Below the pieces are notes generated by a model, which did not search any database, had not been told where the DNA came from, and was given only the letters and a program-made list of their open reading frames with translations. The translations under genes were made by a program, and so were the position numbers. A stretch of 64,000 nucleotides of DNA from a virus, in the IMG/VR virus record IMGVR_UViG_3300027749_000047, positions 32,001 through 96,000 of that record; one strand, 5' to 3'. This document shows positions 34,607 through 45,361 of the stretch, one piece after another (position 1 is the first letter of the stretch; each line of letters begins with the position of its first letter).

Positions 34607-35074
34607 ATGTACAAGATTAATACAAGTCTTGTACGCAGGTATTCTCAGCGTTATGCCGAGATGAATATGATTGCTACTGTGCGTATTGACCGCCCAGGTC
34701 AACCATCTTTAAATACTTCGACTGGTGATGCTACAGCTACTGTTTTGTCTACTGTTTATTCCGGTAAAGCTAGAGTTACTACTGTCGCTGGGCCTGTTCA
34801 GTATCAGTTGGGTGAAGAACCTCAATATTTTTCTAGTGGCGCTGTGTCTATTCCTTTACTTGATGAGTCTGGTCAGCCTACTACTCCTCAGGTTAATGAT
34901 GTTGTTGTGGTTACTTCTCATCCTGATGTTTTGATGGTTGGTAGGGCTTTTCGTATTATGGATGTTCAGGCTGCTGGTCAGTTTGAGGCTGTTCGTCAGT
35001 TGAGTGTTACTGGCGTTCAGCGTTGGGAAGGTTGGACTCCTGATACTAATATTCCGTCGGAGTGGTATGTATGA
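34607..35074 (+). CDS. Head closure/stopper protein (DUF6093-like)
   Basis: TVRIDRP..VYSGKARV..PQVNDVVVVT; position after the adaptor. Confidence 0.7.
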   Translation: MYKINTSLVRRYSQRYAEMNMIATVRIDRPGQPSLNTSTGDATATVLSTVYSGKARVTTVAGPVQYQLGEEPQYFSSGAVSIPLLDESGQPTTPQVNDVVVVTSHPDVLMVGRAFRIMDVQAAGQFEAVRQLSVTGVQRWEGWTPDTNIPSEWYV

Positions 35075-35349
35075 CGTTTAAGAATGTTACTGATCAGTTA
35101 AAAAAGATGCAATTGGAAGCACAAAAAATTCCACAATCTTTGCATAATAGTGCACAGGAGATTGTTAAAGCTAAGCCTATGGCTAATGTGTCTGCTGTTG
35201 TTCACAATACGTCTACTGGTACTGCTGTGACATTTAAGCCTAATGCGGGCGCTAGAGTCGATTCTAAGGCCATTTCTGAGCATGCTAATAGTATTGCTAA
35301 GGAATTGGCTAATAGGGGCTCTCAGGTCGCTAAGGGGGCTTTACGATGA
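35062..35349 (+). CDS. Neck-region hypothetical protein
   Basis: Coupled ORF between the stopper and the tail terminator. Confidence 0.55.
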   Translation: MVCMTFKNVTDQLKKMQLEAQKIPQSLHNSAQEIVKAKPMANVSAVVHNTSTGTAVTFKPNAGARVDSKAISEHANSIAKELANRGSQVAKGALR

Positions 35350-35804
35350 TTGACCATGGTGCTTTAACTGACTCAATTATTGCTGCTTTAACATCTACTG
35401 GCGAGTTGATTGGTGATGGTGTTGCGCCTACTGATGGTGGTTGGCTTAAAGGGCAGCCTAACCAGAGTGTTTTTGCGCCGTATACCGTGTTGGTTTCTAC
35501 TGGCTCTAATGTGATGATTAACGATCTTGACGGTAATTTGGATTGGACTGTTAACTTTAATTTGCGCCATTTTGGTGGTTCGCGCAAGCAGGTTGATTGG
35601 ATTGCCAATAAAACTCGTATTGCTGTTGATGGTGGGCCTAATAATCTTTTGCATTCTACGTTTGGCAGTGTAGAGGTTTTTAAGATTACTGCTATTCAGT
35701 GGCAAAATCTTGGTTCTGTTACTCGTGTTGATACAGTTAACCCACCTTATTGGCAATGTTTTGACTCTGTAGGATTTGTTTGTTCGAGGAACAGTTTTTC
35801 GTAA
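35346..35804 (+). CDS. Tail terminator/completion protein
   Basis: APYTVL..RKQVDWIANKTR; directly upstream of the major tail gene. Confidence 0.7.
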   Translation: MIDHGALTDSIIAALTSTGELIGDGVAPTDGGWLKGQPNQSVFAPYTVLVSTGSNVMINDLDGNLDWTVNFNLRHFGGSRKQVDWIANKTRIAVDGGPNNLLHSTFGSVEVFKITAIQWQNLGSVTRVDTVNPPYWQCFDSVGFVCSRNSFS

Positions 35805-35867
35805 AGTTGTAGTAGTATCGGATATACCGGTATTTAATCGTACGATTGGCTTAGGAGGCCTACCACC

Positions 35868-36869
35868 ATGGCAAGAATTATTCCGAATAATAATACGTGG
35901 ATTGGATTTATTCCAGTCACATCATTTGGTTCGGCTATTTCGGGTTACAGCAACACTTGGAACTCGTCACAGGCACAACCAAACATCACCGCTGCTGAAT
36001 TAGCTTTGGCTTACGACATTACACCTTTCGTAATTTCTGTAACCGCACAGTCAACAGGTAACACTGTTCCTACGCCTTCTTTGGACACTTTGTTCGAAGG
36101 TAACGTTCCAGGTACAGTTAATGCTTCGTTTACTGCAGATTTTTACCGCGATGATGCTTCATACACTGACCTTAACGGTACTGGCGCTAACGCTGTTGAC
36201 TTTGCTTGGACTAAACTTCCACGCGGTCAAAAAGGTTACTTTGTAATCTCGCGTTTCAATGATCCAGGCAGTATTACTCAGGGTACTAACCAGTCACCTG
36301 CATCAGGTAACGTTGTTGAAATTTGGCCTGTAGTTGTAACTGCTCGTACTGCGGGTCCTGTTACATCTAACACTGTTCAGACTTTCACAGTCACTGGTGC
36401 TGTTCCACAGGAACCAGCTGAAGGTGCAAACGTTATTGCTAGTGCTAGTGCTGTTCCATCTGCTGTTGTTAACCTTGTGGCTACTCGCTTGACTCAGACT
36501 GCATCTGCTTCTGTGCCATCTATTGGTCTTGACTGGGATACTCCGGCTTACACTGGTACGCTATCTGCCGGTGGTTCAGAGGCTGCTACGCCTTATGTTA
36601 TCCAGGTTTCAACTTCAGCGACTGGTACGTTCACTGACATTACTCAGTTGACTGCGACTTCTATTGCGTCTTCAACTAATTCATTGCACGTAACTTCGGT
36701 TTCACAGGTTCTAAACACTACGCCAACTACTCCGGTAACTAGTGGTGGTGTTGCATTCACGACTTCACAGGGTACTTCAAAGACCTTGTACTTCCGTGTA
36801 GCAGCGCGTAACGCTAACGGTGTTGGTACTTACAGCAACGTTGTTTCTGTAGCGGCCGTTCACGGTTAA
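35868..36869 (+). CDS. Major tail protein with C-terminal Fn3-like domain
   Basis: NITAAELALAYDITPF..PTPSLDT..VEIWPV; C-terminal LDWDTP..YFRVAARNANGVG. Confidence 0.85.
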   Translation: MARIIPNNNTWIGFIPVTSFGSAISGYSNTWNSSQAQPNITAAELALAYDITPFVISVTAQSTGNTVPTPSLDTLFEGNVPGTVNASFTADFYRDDASYTDLNGTGANAVDFAWTKLPRGQKGYFVISRFNDPGSITQGTNQSPASGNVVEIWPVVVTARTAGPVTSNTVQTFTVTGAVPQEPAEGANVIASASAVPSAVVNLVATRLTQTASASVPSIGLDWDTPAYTGTLSAGGSEAATPYVIQVSTSATGTFTDITQLTATSIASSTNSLHVTSVSQVLNTTPTTPVTSGGVAFTTSQGTSKTLYFRVAARNANGVGTYSNVVSVAAVHG

Positions 36870-36879
36870 ACTAATTTTG

Positions 36880-36920
36880 TATAGGCGGGGAGTTTTCCCT
36901 CTCTTTTCTCCCCGCCTATA
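36880..36920 (+). terminator. 13-bp hairpin after the major tail gene (terminator/attenuator-like)
   Basis: TATAGGCGGGGAG/CTCCCCGCCTATA perfect inverted repeat. Confidence 0.65.
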
Positions 36921-36991
36921 CTTAATACATGTCCGCATCTACACCTCGTAATAAGCGTAAGCTTAAACAGACCAAACGAAGGAAATATATC

Positions 36992-37378
36992 ATGGCACGT
37001 AAGATTGCTACTCTTGAAGATTTATTGAAGAAGCCTGCTCGCACTAAAGAAATTATTATCAATGTTCCTACGGGCAAGTCGTCTACTACTGACTTTGTTG
37101 TCACTATTAAGGCGATTGGTTCGAAGGCTTATGATGATCTGTTGGCTGCTCATCCCCCAACTAATGAGCAGAAGAAGGAAGGCACTTCGTACAATATTGA
37201 TACGTTTGCGCCTGCTCTTATTTCTGCTTGTTCTGTAACTCCGGCATTGTCTGAGGAGCAGGCTACACAGATTTGGACTTCTAATGAGTGGTCTCGCGGT
37301 GAGTTGACTGAGTTGTTTATTGGGTGTGTTGAGGTTAATTCTAAAGGCCTTGATGTCCCTTTCAACGAAGTCGGCTGA
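36992..37378 (+). CDS. Tail assembly chaperone (G)
   Basis: Between the major tail and tape measure genes; RBS-preceded ATG at 36992. Confidence 0.8.
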   Translation: MARKIATLEDLLKKPARTKEIIINVPTGKSSTTDFVVTIKAIGSKAYDDLLAAHPPTNEQKKEGTSYNIDTFAPALISACSVTPALSEEQATQIWTSNEWSRGELTELFIGCVEVNSKGLDVPFNEVG

Positions 37379-37719
37379 GGTACGACCCGACTTTCTATAT
37401 GGAGGTCGCATGGTGCTCAGACCATGGGCTTCCTCACTCAACTTTGTTTAGTTGGGATGAGGATGACCGAGCTAAACTTGCAGCATATTTGTTGGAGTCT
37501 GGCGAGAAGTGTCAAATGTGTGGCACTGCGGGCTGGGAGTGGGAAGAAGATAGGTATGCTTACGAACCTATTACTCACCAGTGTTGGGGTTGTTACATGA
37601 AGGATCGTGCTACGGACGAGAATGACCGCTTGCCAGGCTCTACAATAACATTAGTACCTTCTTATGTTGCTGAGAGTGTTCGTAATCAAAAGACAAAGAG
37701 GCCTGAGCGAAAGGATTAA
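37357..37719 (+). CDS. Tail assembly chaperone GT, -1 frameshifted segment
   Basis: In-frame heptamer C CCT TTC (37357-37363). The -1 frame reads QRSRLRYDPTFYMEVAWC into ORF 37399..37719. Confidence 0.8.
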   Translation, partial: PFQRSRLRYDPTFYMEVAWCSDHGLPHSTLFSWDEDDRAKLAAYLLESGEKCQMCGTAGWEWEEDRYAYEPITHQCWGCYMKDRATDENDRLPGSTITLVPSYVAESVRNQKTKRPERKD

Positions 37720-37721
37720 CT

Positions 37722-40700
37722 GTGTTTAATGAAGATGTAACAGTTGATTTTAATGCCAACGTAGGCCCTTACACGTCTTCTCTTGGTCAAGCTTTGGCTA
37801 TGACCAATCAATTTAGTGCGGCTAATGATATCGCGATTGCTAAATTGGGCAATCTTAATAAGATTTCTTTATCTCTTATTCAGTCTACGGCTGCTTTTAC
37901 TGGTGCTAATAAGGTTGCTGTTGCGCAGGCTGCGGCTTATGAGCAAAAACTTTCTTCACTTAATGCTACTGCCAAGATTGCTGGTAAACAGTTTGAGGGT
38001 CTTGGCTCTGTAACTATGAAGTTTGCTCGCCAGTTTCCTGTGGGTATGGATAAGGCGATTGAGACTACTAAGACTTTAGCAACGTCTGGCGTTACTACAA
38101 CTAAACAGATTCAAAAGTTGGGCCAGGAGTTTATTAAACTACAGGCTGCTTCTGGCGAGTGGGGCTCTGGCATGCAGCAGGACATGCTTCAGGTTACTCG
38201 TTCTTTTGGTAACTCTACTAACATGATTAAGGGTTTTAGCGATTCCCTTGTTTCTGTTACAGCAAAGTATGGCGCTTCAGCTTCGTCTGTTTTGGCTTTT
38301 TCTAAAGCTATTGCGCCTATTGCTTCTGTAGTTGGTATTAGCCAAGCTTCTGTGTTTGGTTTGTCTACGGCGATGTCTCGTCTTGGTGAAGACGGTTATC
38401 GTTCTGCTAACGCGTTTAACAAGGTTCTTTTGGATATGAACCGGTCTATTCGTACTGGTTCTCCTGAAATTCGTGAGTATGCCAAAGTTTTGAACATGTC
38501 TACGGACTCTTTGGGTAACTTGTTTAAGAGTGATCCTACTGAAATGATTTTGCGTTTTACTGACGCTATCAATAAGCAAGGTTCGCAGGCTGTTACGACT
38601 CTTGATAATTTGGGTCTTGATGGTGTTAACACGTTTAAGTCTTTGCAGGCTTTGTCTAAGTCTGGTGACTTGCGTCAAATTGTTGGCGATGCTACTAGTT
38701 CTTACAATAATGGGTCTGCTAATGCAGGTGCTACTTCGGCATTAGGCGGGGTTAATGACCAATTGTCTAAAATGCAAGAAACTATGTCGCAAACTACTGC
38801 TGAGGCAGGTAAACCATTTCTGTCGTTTTTAAATAGCGTTTTGGGTGTATCAAACGGTATGGCTGAAGGCGTTCATGGTTTGGTTACTGCTCTTTCGGGG
38901 CTTGGACCATTGCTTCCAGTTTTGACTAGTTTGTGGACAATTCTTAAAGGTATTGCTGTCATTCAACTTGGTCGTCTTGGCTTAAGTATGTTTACAAATT
39001 CTAATTTTGGGCAACAATTTTTTGCTGGACGTACCCAAGCTATTAACGGGCAGGCTTTTGGACCTAATGCTTTGTCTACTGCTGGCGCTCGCGTTGGTCA
39101 AGCATTTGGCACGCTTTTTGGTGGTAAGGATCCAGTTACAGGTGCAAGAGGCGGACCGATTGGGATGCTTAAGGGTGGCGCTCAGTGGATTGCGCAGGCT
39201 TATACCAACGCTAATGCCAACCTTTACAACGCTGACCCAAGTAACTCTCGTATGCGTACCGATGCCGGTATGGCTGCTTCTAATAATAAATTTATGCTTA
39301 AAAATGGTGGAACAATAATGTCTGCTGAAGAGCAGGCTATTCGTTATGGTAGAGATTCAAATAATGTAATTCGTCCTGCAACGATGGCTACTATGCCTAA
39401 TGCAATTGCTAGTCAACTTGCTATGCAAATGGGTGCGTATGGTTCGCCTAATGGTGAGTATGGTGCGTCGCAACGTTTGGCTGTACAAAAAGCAATGTTT
39501 AATGATATGCGTCAAACTTCAGGTACTTTAGGGTTTTTTAAAGATGCTGTTAAGTATGCAGGCAAAAATGTCGGTGAATTTGGTAAGTCTATGGGCACTA
39601 GAGTTAAGGATTGGGTTAAACAAGGCGCTATTACTGGTGTTTCTGAAGAAGGTACAGCTATTCGTGGTGGTCAGCGTTTTGGTGCTTTAGGCGGCGCTTT
39701 AAGCGGAATGATGGGAATGCTAGGATCTACTATCGGAATTATGGCTGTCATGGCTGCTGCGGGTTTTGTATCTAAAGCAATTAAGCAAAATAATGAGCGC
39801 CAAACTGGTACTGGTTTTAGTGATGCTTATTCTGTGTACAATGATTTTGCTACTAAAGCAGGTTTGCCAACGCAGTCTTACACTAATACAAATGCTATGT
39901 ATGATCCTATGGCTTGGGCGAGTTATTATGCAAAAAGTGCTAAGTCGCCTAGGCAAGCAACTAAAATGTCAACGTCGGAAATTTTAAATGCTTTAAAAAC
40001 TGATTACAAAGCTAGCTATACTTTTAATACTCAAAAAGAGTTATTAACTGGTACTGGTTTGGGTATTCAAGCAAGAATGATGGCTGGTCCTAATGCTAGT
40101 CCTGAAGTTATTAGCCGTTTGACGCAAGATGCGCTTGCTGGCACAAAAAATGCTACTTTGGCGCGTGCCGCTGGTAATTACGCTACTGGTAAATCAACTT
40201 ACGGTAGTTCTAATAGTGGTCTTTATACCGACGCTTTTCAATCGGCTGCCGACACAATGACTTATACTGATGCTGTGGCTCACCGTCAAAGTGCCTACGG
40301 CGGAACTATGGCACAGTTGATTCGACAAGAGGCGACTTCTAATATTAATAATACTGCCCTAAAATTTGGAACCGGTACTATCCGTATGGCTACGCTTTCC
40401 GAGGCAGTAAAAATTCTTAGGGGCACTGCTGGCATTTCAGGCTCAAAGGGCTATAGAGATGTGCAGAACATGAATGCAGCTCGTATTGTTTCGGAATTGC
40501 TTGGTGTAAAGTATGACCTTAATTCTTGGAATTTACTCAAACAACAACGTGTTAACTCAGCTGTGTCTCAGTCTACAAGTGACACTGATCCGCTAAGTGT
40601 ATTTTTTGCTAATACTTCTGACAAAAAATCACTCCCAAGTAATTCTTTTTACCAATATTACAAAACTTTGATTAAGGGTGGCGGTTACGGCTGGGAGACG

Positions 40701-43127
40701 CCATATTATGTAAAAGGTAAGCGCCAAGTTTCTCCTGAAGAAACTTATGCTAAAAAACAAAATAGCCAACTTGGCGGGGCTCTTTTTGCAGCCGAAGATT
40801 TTGCTTGGTCAAAAAGCAAAACTGTTTTAGATATTTATAATGATCCTACAGTTTTTAATGGTATTAAAAACAAAATTGTTAAATTGGCCATTAATGCTTT
40901 TGTTGCTCAAAACGATGTTGGTTCGCAAAATTCTTTTTCACAAGCAATATCTACAATGTCTTTGACTGCTAATGCAGAAAATGGCGCAAATGCTGTCATT
41001 GATTTGTTAAAAGAATTAGCAAATCCTAACCTTGCCGCTACCAGTTCACAAGCTGCTGCAATCATGAATGCTTACAGTATGACGGCTGCTTCGCGCTCGG
41101 TTCAACAAGCGGGTCAATCTGGTTTGGCTAATATTAATGAAAATATTAAAACTGGTGTTAAAGCGGCCAATACTGTTTTGCCTACCGGCGCAACTCAAGA
41201 TGAGCAGTCGATTCTTAATCAAGAAAAATCTAATGGTCAGCAAGCAGTTTCGCAAGTGATGTCGTTTGCTAAGCAAATTGCTAATTTAAATCATTCTTTG
41301 GCTGAAAGCCAAAATGATATGAATCTAAACATTACACGTTCACAAGCCAAATTTACATTGGGTATTTTGCGCGGTACGCAAGATTTTGCTAAAAGTTATT
41401 ACAATGTTTATGAGCGTATTGGCGGTCAGCGTGTTGCTTCAACAGGCGCGTTAGTTACGAACCTTAAAGAGCAAAATACTCTTTTGAATCGTCAAATGAA
41501 GAATGTGGCTAAGTTGAAAAAACTTGGGCTGTCTGATGATGCCATTCGCACTTTGGATTTGATGAATCCTGCTAACGCACAACAAACAGATCAGCTTGTT
41601 AATGATATGACTCGTAATGCTGCTTTAGTATCGCAGACTAATGAAACAGTATCTAAGCGCATTGGGCTCTCAAATCAACATGAAACTAGTCCTTTTAATA
41701 CGGCTTATGCTCGTGCTAAAGAAGATTTTAATTTGCAGATGCAGTACATGAATGAAGATTTTGAAAAGGCTGCTAAGCGTGCATATAACGATTTGTTTAA
41801 TTTTGGCGAGAACGTTGCTATTGGCGGTAAAGGCGCTACCGATAAACTTGCCAAGGCTTTATCTGGTATGCCTGATGTTGCAGGTAAAGCCGCTAAAGCA
41901 GCCGGACAAGCAATTTTGGCTAATCTAAAAAGTTCTTTAGGTGGTTTGACTGGCAGCGAGCAATTTAGTTTAGTAAACGGTATTTTGAATGCTCCTAAAA
42001 AAGCGCCAAATGCTGTTTCTGCGCCTAATAGTGGCTCGTCAGGCAGCGGGTATCTTGCTGGTGGTAGCGGTAGTACTTCGCCTACTGGCTCCGCTAATCG
42101 TAATGCCGCTAGTACTATTGGTAAAAATACAGGAGTTGGAACTAGAATTGGTGGCGTTCAATCACAAAGTTCTACACCCGATACTGTGTGGGGCGCTGGT
42201 GTTCCTGTTTTTGGAACTGGTAAGAATCGCACTGAGGTTTGGGCTGCTAGTAACGATTTGATTCATTACGACAAGCATTATGATGCAGCTAGTAAAAAAT
42301 GGGTTTGGAATGCTACTGATACTGCCAGTGGCAAGAAACTTACTACTGCTCGCAAGCTAGAGGTTAACGCTTCTTCAAAGCGTGCGCAGTTTCTTGAGGC
42401 TGCTTTTCAACAAATCGGCAAGCCTTACAAAACTGGTGGGTGGCACTACACGGATCATGATGGGCATGATTTTGACTGTTCTGGGCTTGTTGATTACGCA
42501 GCGCATGCTGCTGGGGTTAAAGATTTAGGTTATAGCACTGCGCAAGGTATTAAAAATAAAGTTGCTAAGATTGACAGTAAAAATGCTAAGGCTGGAGATT
42601 TAGTTTTTTGGACTAAAAATGGTTCAAACGAAGCACATCACGTTGCTATTTTTATTGGTAACGGTATGGTTTTGGATGCTCAAAAATCCGGTACTAATGT
42701 GCACGTCCAAGGTCTTAATGATTTTAAAAATGATGGTAATGAGTCTTGGGGACGTATTAAAGGTTTTGCTACTGGTGGTTACATTACTGGCCCTGGTACA
42801 GGTACTTCTGACTCTATTCCCGCCAAACTTTCTCATGGTGAGTTTGTTGTTAAGGCTGATGCGGTTAATAAGTATGGCATTGATTTGTTGCATGCTTTGA
42901 ATGACCAAAAACTAGGTTCTCCGGGTTATGTTAAGCATAGTGATGTTAGGGCGTCTAGAATGAATCATTATTCTACTCAAACCTATAATGTGAGTCATTC
43001 TCAGTATGACCAATCTACGCAGATTAATGGTCCTATTACTGTTCAATCTTCTGATCCTGCAGAGTTTGCTCGTAAGATGAATGCTCGTCAAAGGCGTCAG
43101 CGTCTCTTACAACCGGTAGGTAACTAA
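37722..43127 (+). CDS. Tape measure protein with C-terminal NlpC/P60 peptidoglycan hydrolase
   Basis: 1801 aa; TMP-type helical N-terminus; DFDCSGLV..HHVAIF; LSHGEFVVKADAV. Confidence 0.93.
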   Translation: MFNEDVTVDFNANVGPYTSSLGQALAMTNQFSAANDIAIAKLGNLNKISLSLIQSTAAFTGANKVAVAQAAAYEQKLSSLNATAKIAGKQFEGLGSVTMKFARQFPVGMDKAIETTKTLATSGVTTTKQIQKLGQEFIKLQAASGEWGSGMQQDMLQVTRSFGNSTNMIKGFSDSLVSVTAKYGASASSVLAFSKAIAPIASVVGISQASVFGLSTAMSRLGEDGYRSANAFNKVLLDMNRSIRTGSPEIREYAKVLNMSTDSLGNLFKSDPTEMILRFTDAINKQGSQAVTTLDNLGLDGVNTFKSLQALSKSGDLRQIVGDATSSYNNGSANAGATSALGGVNDQLSKMQETMSQTTAEAGKPFLSFLNSVLGVSNGMAEGVHGLVTALSGLGPLLPVLTSLWTILKGIAVIQLGRLGLSMFTNSNFGQQFFAGRTQAINGQAFGPNALSTAGARVGQAFGTLFGGKDPVTGARGGPIGMLKGGAQWIAQAYTNANANLYNADPSNSRMRTDAGMAASNNKFMLKNGGTIMSAEEQAIRYGRDSNNVIRPATMATMPNAIASQLAMQMGAYGSPNGEYGASQRLAVQKAMFNDMRQTSGTLGFFKDAVKYAGKNVGEFGKSMGTRVKDWVKQGAITGVSEEGTAIRGGQRFGALGGALSGMMGMLGSTIGIMAVMAAAGFVSKAIKQNNERQTGTGFSDAYSVYNDFATKAGLPTQSYTNTNAMYDPMAWASYYAKSAKSPRQATKMSTSEILNALKTDYKASYTFNTQKELLTGTGLGIQARMMAGPNASPEVISRLTQDALAGTKNATLARAAGNYATGKSTYGSSNSGLYTDAFQSAADTMTYTDAVAHRQSAYGGTMAQLIRQEATSNINNTALKFGTGTIRMATLSEAVKILRGTAGISGSKGYRDVQNMNAARIVSELLGVKYDLNSWNLLKQQRVNSAVSQSTSDTDPLSVFFANTSDKKSLPSNSFYQYYKTLIKGGGYGWETPYYVKGKRQVSPEETYAKKQNSQLGGALFAAEDFAWSKSKTVLDIYNDPTVFNGIKNKIVKLAINAFVAQNDVGSQNSFSQAISTMSLTANAENGANAVIDLLKELANPNLAATSSQAAAIMNAYSMTAASRSVQQAGQSGLANINENIKTGVKAANTVLPTGATQDEQSILNQEKSNGQQAVSQVMSFAKQIANLNHSLAESQNDMNLNITRSQAKFTLGILRGTQDFAKSYYNVYERIGGQRVASTGALVTNLKEQNTLLNRQMKNVAKLKKLGLSDDAIRTLDLMNPANAQQTDQLVNDMTRNAALVSQTNETVSKRIGLSNQHETSPFNTAYARAKEDFNLQMQYMNEDFEKAAKRAYNDLFNFGENVAIGGKGATDKLAKALSGMPDVAGKAAKAAGQAILANLKSSLGGLTGSEQFSLVNGILNAPKKAPNAVSAPNSGSSGSGYLAGGSGSTSPTGSANRNAASTIGKNTGVGTRIGGVQSQSSTPDTVWGAGVPVFGTGKNRTEVWAASNDLIHYDKHYDAASKKWVWNATDTASGKKLTTARKLEVNASSKRAQFLEAAFQQIGKPYKTGGWHYTDHDGHDFDCSGLVDYAAHAAGVKDLGYSTAQGIKNKVAKIDSKNAKAGDLVFWTKNGSNEAHHVAIFIGNGMVLDAQKSGTNVHVQGLNDFKNDGNESWGRIKGFATGGYITGPGTGTSDSIPAKLSHGEFVVKADAVNKYGIDLLHALNDQKLGSPGYVKHSDVRASRMNHYSTQTYNVSHSQYDQSTQINGPITVQSSDPAEFARKMNARQRRQRLLQPVGN

Positions 43128-43636
43128 TGGCTGTTAGTAAGTCGACTCCGTATTCAAATTTGCATACTGATGTGCAGGTTCGTATTTCTTTATCTACTGA
43201 TTTGTATTACTCAAATTCGGTAGTTAACAATGCAAGCCGGTGGTTGCTTGTCAATGATGGAATTGTTTATAAACTTGCTAAGGGTTCTTTTGAGAACTCT
43301 GCAGTTCAGTTTAGGCGCGATGAGGTAACTAACTCGTTTCTTGAGGGTAAGTACACTATTAATGCTTTGCGTGAGAATGTTACGGAAACGTTAGCGGTTT
43401 ATGTCCATGGGTCTACACATATGGAAGTTATGGATGCCGTTAAGTCTTTAACTGATGCGTTGTCTCAGATTGGGTTTGTTATTGAGGTGAGTATAGGTAA
43501 TTTGATTAAAAGCTGGAATTGTTATGCTTCGGACTATACGGTAAATATTTCGCATGAGTTGCTTCATGCTAAGATGGCTCTTGTAACGGCACAGGTGACG
43601 CGTGATCCTGTTGAAACAATAACTGAGGAAATTTAA
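43127..43636 (+). CDS. Minor tail protein (distal tail-like)
   Basis: First gene after the TMP, about 170 aa. Confidence 0.6.
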   Translation: MAVSKSTPYSNLHTDVQVRISLSTDLYYSNSVVNNASRWLLVNDGIVYKLAKGSFENSAVQFRRDEVTNSFLEGKYTINALRENVTETLAVYVHGSTHMEVMDAVKSLTDALSQIGFVIEVSIGNLIKSWNCYASDYTVNISHELLHAKMALVTAQVTRDPVETITEEI

Positions 43637-44046
43637 TGGGCTATATTTCAATGTATGGCGACCAGTTGCTTTTGGCTTCTTTATTGACGCCAGATTCAGC
43701 TGTTAGTATTGACTCATTTTATGTGGCTCTTTTGACTGATTTACCTGACAAAAACATTACTGATTCTGCGCTGTTGAGTGAACCTTCTGGTAGTGGGTAT
43801 GGCCGTGTAAGTTACCAATCGGGTTACGCTAACTGGTCTTCTTCTGTTGGGGTTTTTTACAACGCTAATGACATTGTTTTTCCTACGCCTACTGGCGATT
43901 GGGGACGTATTGTTGGGTGGGCTTTGTGTGATAGTGCCGGTATTGGCAATGTTATTGCTGTTGGTGCTTTAACGCCAGAATCTAGCGTGTCTGCTTATTC
44001 TAATGTTTATATTCCAGCAACGTCTTTGCGTTTAAAGTTGGTTTGA
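43636..44046 (+). CDS. Minor tail protein
   Basis: YVALLT..EPSGSGYGRV..IVFPTPTGDWG motif common in tail modules. Confidence 0.7.
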   Translation: MGYISMYGDQLLLASLLTPDSAVSIDSFYVALLTDLPDKNITDSALLSEPSGSGYGRVSYQSGYANWSSSVGVFYNANDIVFPTPTGDWGRIVGWALCDSAGIGNVIAVGALTPESSVSAYSNVYIPATSLRLKLV

Positions 44047-44047
44047 T

Positions 44048-45361
44048 GTGGCTTACGGCGTCGCTATTGCTTATCATGATTTTTCGGCAGCTTTACCTGA
44101 CCTAAATAATTCATACTATTTTTCTTTCGGAACTTATCCAAACGCATCTCCAGGTCCTATTACTGTCGGTGATGATGTCACTATTAGGTCGGTTAGTAAT
44201 ACTGATTGGTACATGTTTGGCTATGTAAATTCTAGTGTTGGCACTACTAGTACAACTATTGTTTACAACATTACTGTTACTGGTTTGTCAGAAATACTTC
44301 ATGGTGCATCTGTTGTTGATGAAACATATTGGAGTATTGATAGCACTGTTAGTATTGATGTTCCTTTGCCCTCTGACGAGTCACTTTCTATGTCAGACGC
44401 TAGCGCTTCGTTAACGGTTCGACCTAAAATTGCGTATCATAAAGGCCTTATTATGGCTAAATCTGCTGTTTTCAATACCGATCCTTATTTTGTTGTAGCC
44501 GGATACCCTATTGCAGCTAGCGGTTTTGGTGTCAATATTTATTCCAAAGGCACTATTGACATGAATGGTGTTGAAACTAACGTTAAATATTCTGATGTTG
44601 ATTTGTATTCTGATGAACGTTGGGTGCCTATCGATTCCACTTTAGGCATTAGCACTCAAGGGGCAAATACTTATTTAACAAAATGGTGGCCGTGGAAATC
44701 TAATGTTGCTAATAGTGTTTTGGCTTCTTCTACAAACAGCCCAACAGTAGTAAATAATGTTCAGGTTAATTACGGCTATGGCACGCAAAACACTAGGCTA
44801 AATGAAAAAGCCGTAAGATTTTTAAATGACCAATATCTAGTTACCAATAATAAACCTTTGACTACTGTTAATAATCAGTCGAAATATTTCACTATGATGT
44901 CGGTCATTTTTTTACAGCCTCCAACTAAAAGCAATTGGTATGTTGTTATGGGTGCTGGTGGGGATAAATATACTTCTTTTGATCCTTTAATTAGTGTAAG
45001 GTATTACAGAAACAGTACTTTGAAGTTGATGCTGGGTCATACTGTTTTGTCTGAGATACGTATTGATGCGTCTAGGTTTCAAATGTTTAAGCCTATTGTT
45101 ATTGCTGTTAGTGTTTCTGCTACAGATAAAATAGTGCGTTTTGCTGTTTTGGACACTCAATTTCATTACGAACAGGTGGCTATAGCGGCAAATCATCCGT
45201 TTGATGTTAACTTTTATCTTGGTGGGGCTCCTGTTACTGACAAGAATTACACGGCGCATATGTATTTGCTGGAGCATAATCAGTATTATTCTGAGTTGTC
45301 ACAAGAACAAATACAAGACCGTATGCTTTTGTTAGATAAAATTTATGGAGTTACTTTATGA
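44048..45361 (+). CDS. Minor tail protein (possible lectin/beta-sandwich C-terminus)
   Basis: Position and beta-rich composition. Confidence 0.6.
   Translation: MAYGVAIAYHDFSAALPDLNNSYYFSFGTYPNASPGPITVGDDVTIRSVSNTDWYMFGYVNSSVGTTSTTIVYNITVTGLSEILHGASVVDETYWSIDSTVSIDVPLPSDESLSMSDASASLTVRPKIAYHKGLIMAKSAVFNTDPYFVVAGYPIAASGFGVNIYSKGTIDMNGVETNVKYSDVDLYSDERWVPIDSTLGISTQGANTYLTKWWPWKSNVANSVLASSTNSPTVVNNVQVNYGYGTQNTRLNEKAVRFLNDQYLVTNNKPLTTVNNQSKYFTMMSVIFLQPPTKSNWYVVMGAGGDKYTSFDPLISVRYYRNSTLKLMLGHTVLSEIRIDASRFQMFKPIVIAVSVSATDKIVRFAVLDTQFHYEQVAIAANHPFDVNFYLGGAPVTDKNYTAHMYLLEHNQYYSELSQEQIQDRMLLLDKIYGVTL

Noticed and set aside
37357-37363. Tail chaperone frameshift as a novelty
   Set aside because: Real, but the canonical G/GT mechanism of long-tailed phages. 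Listed as a feature only.
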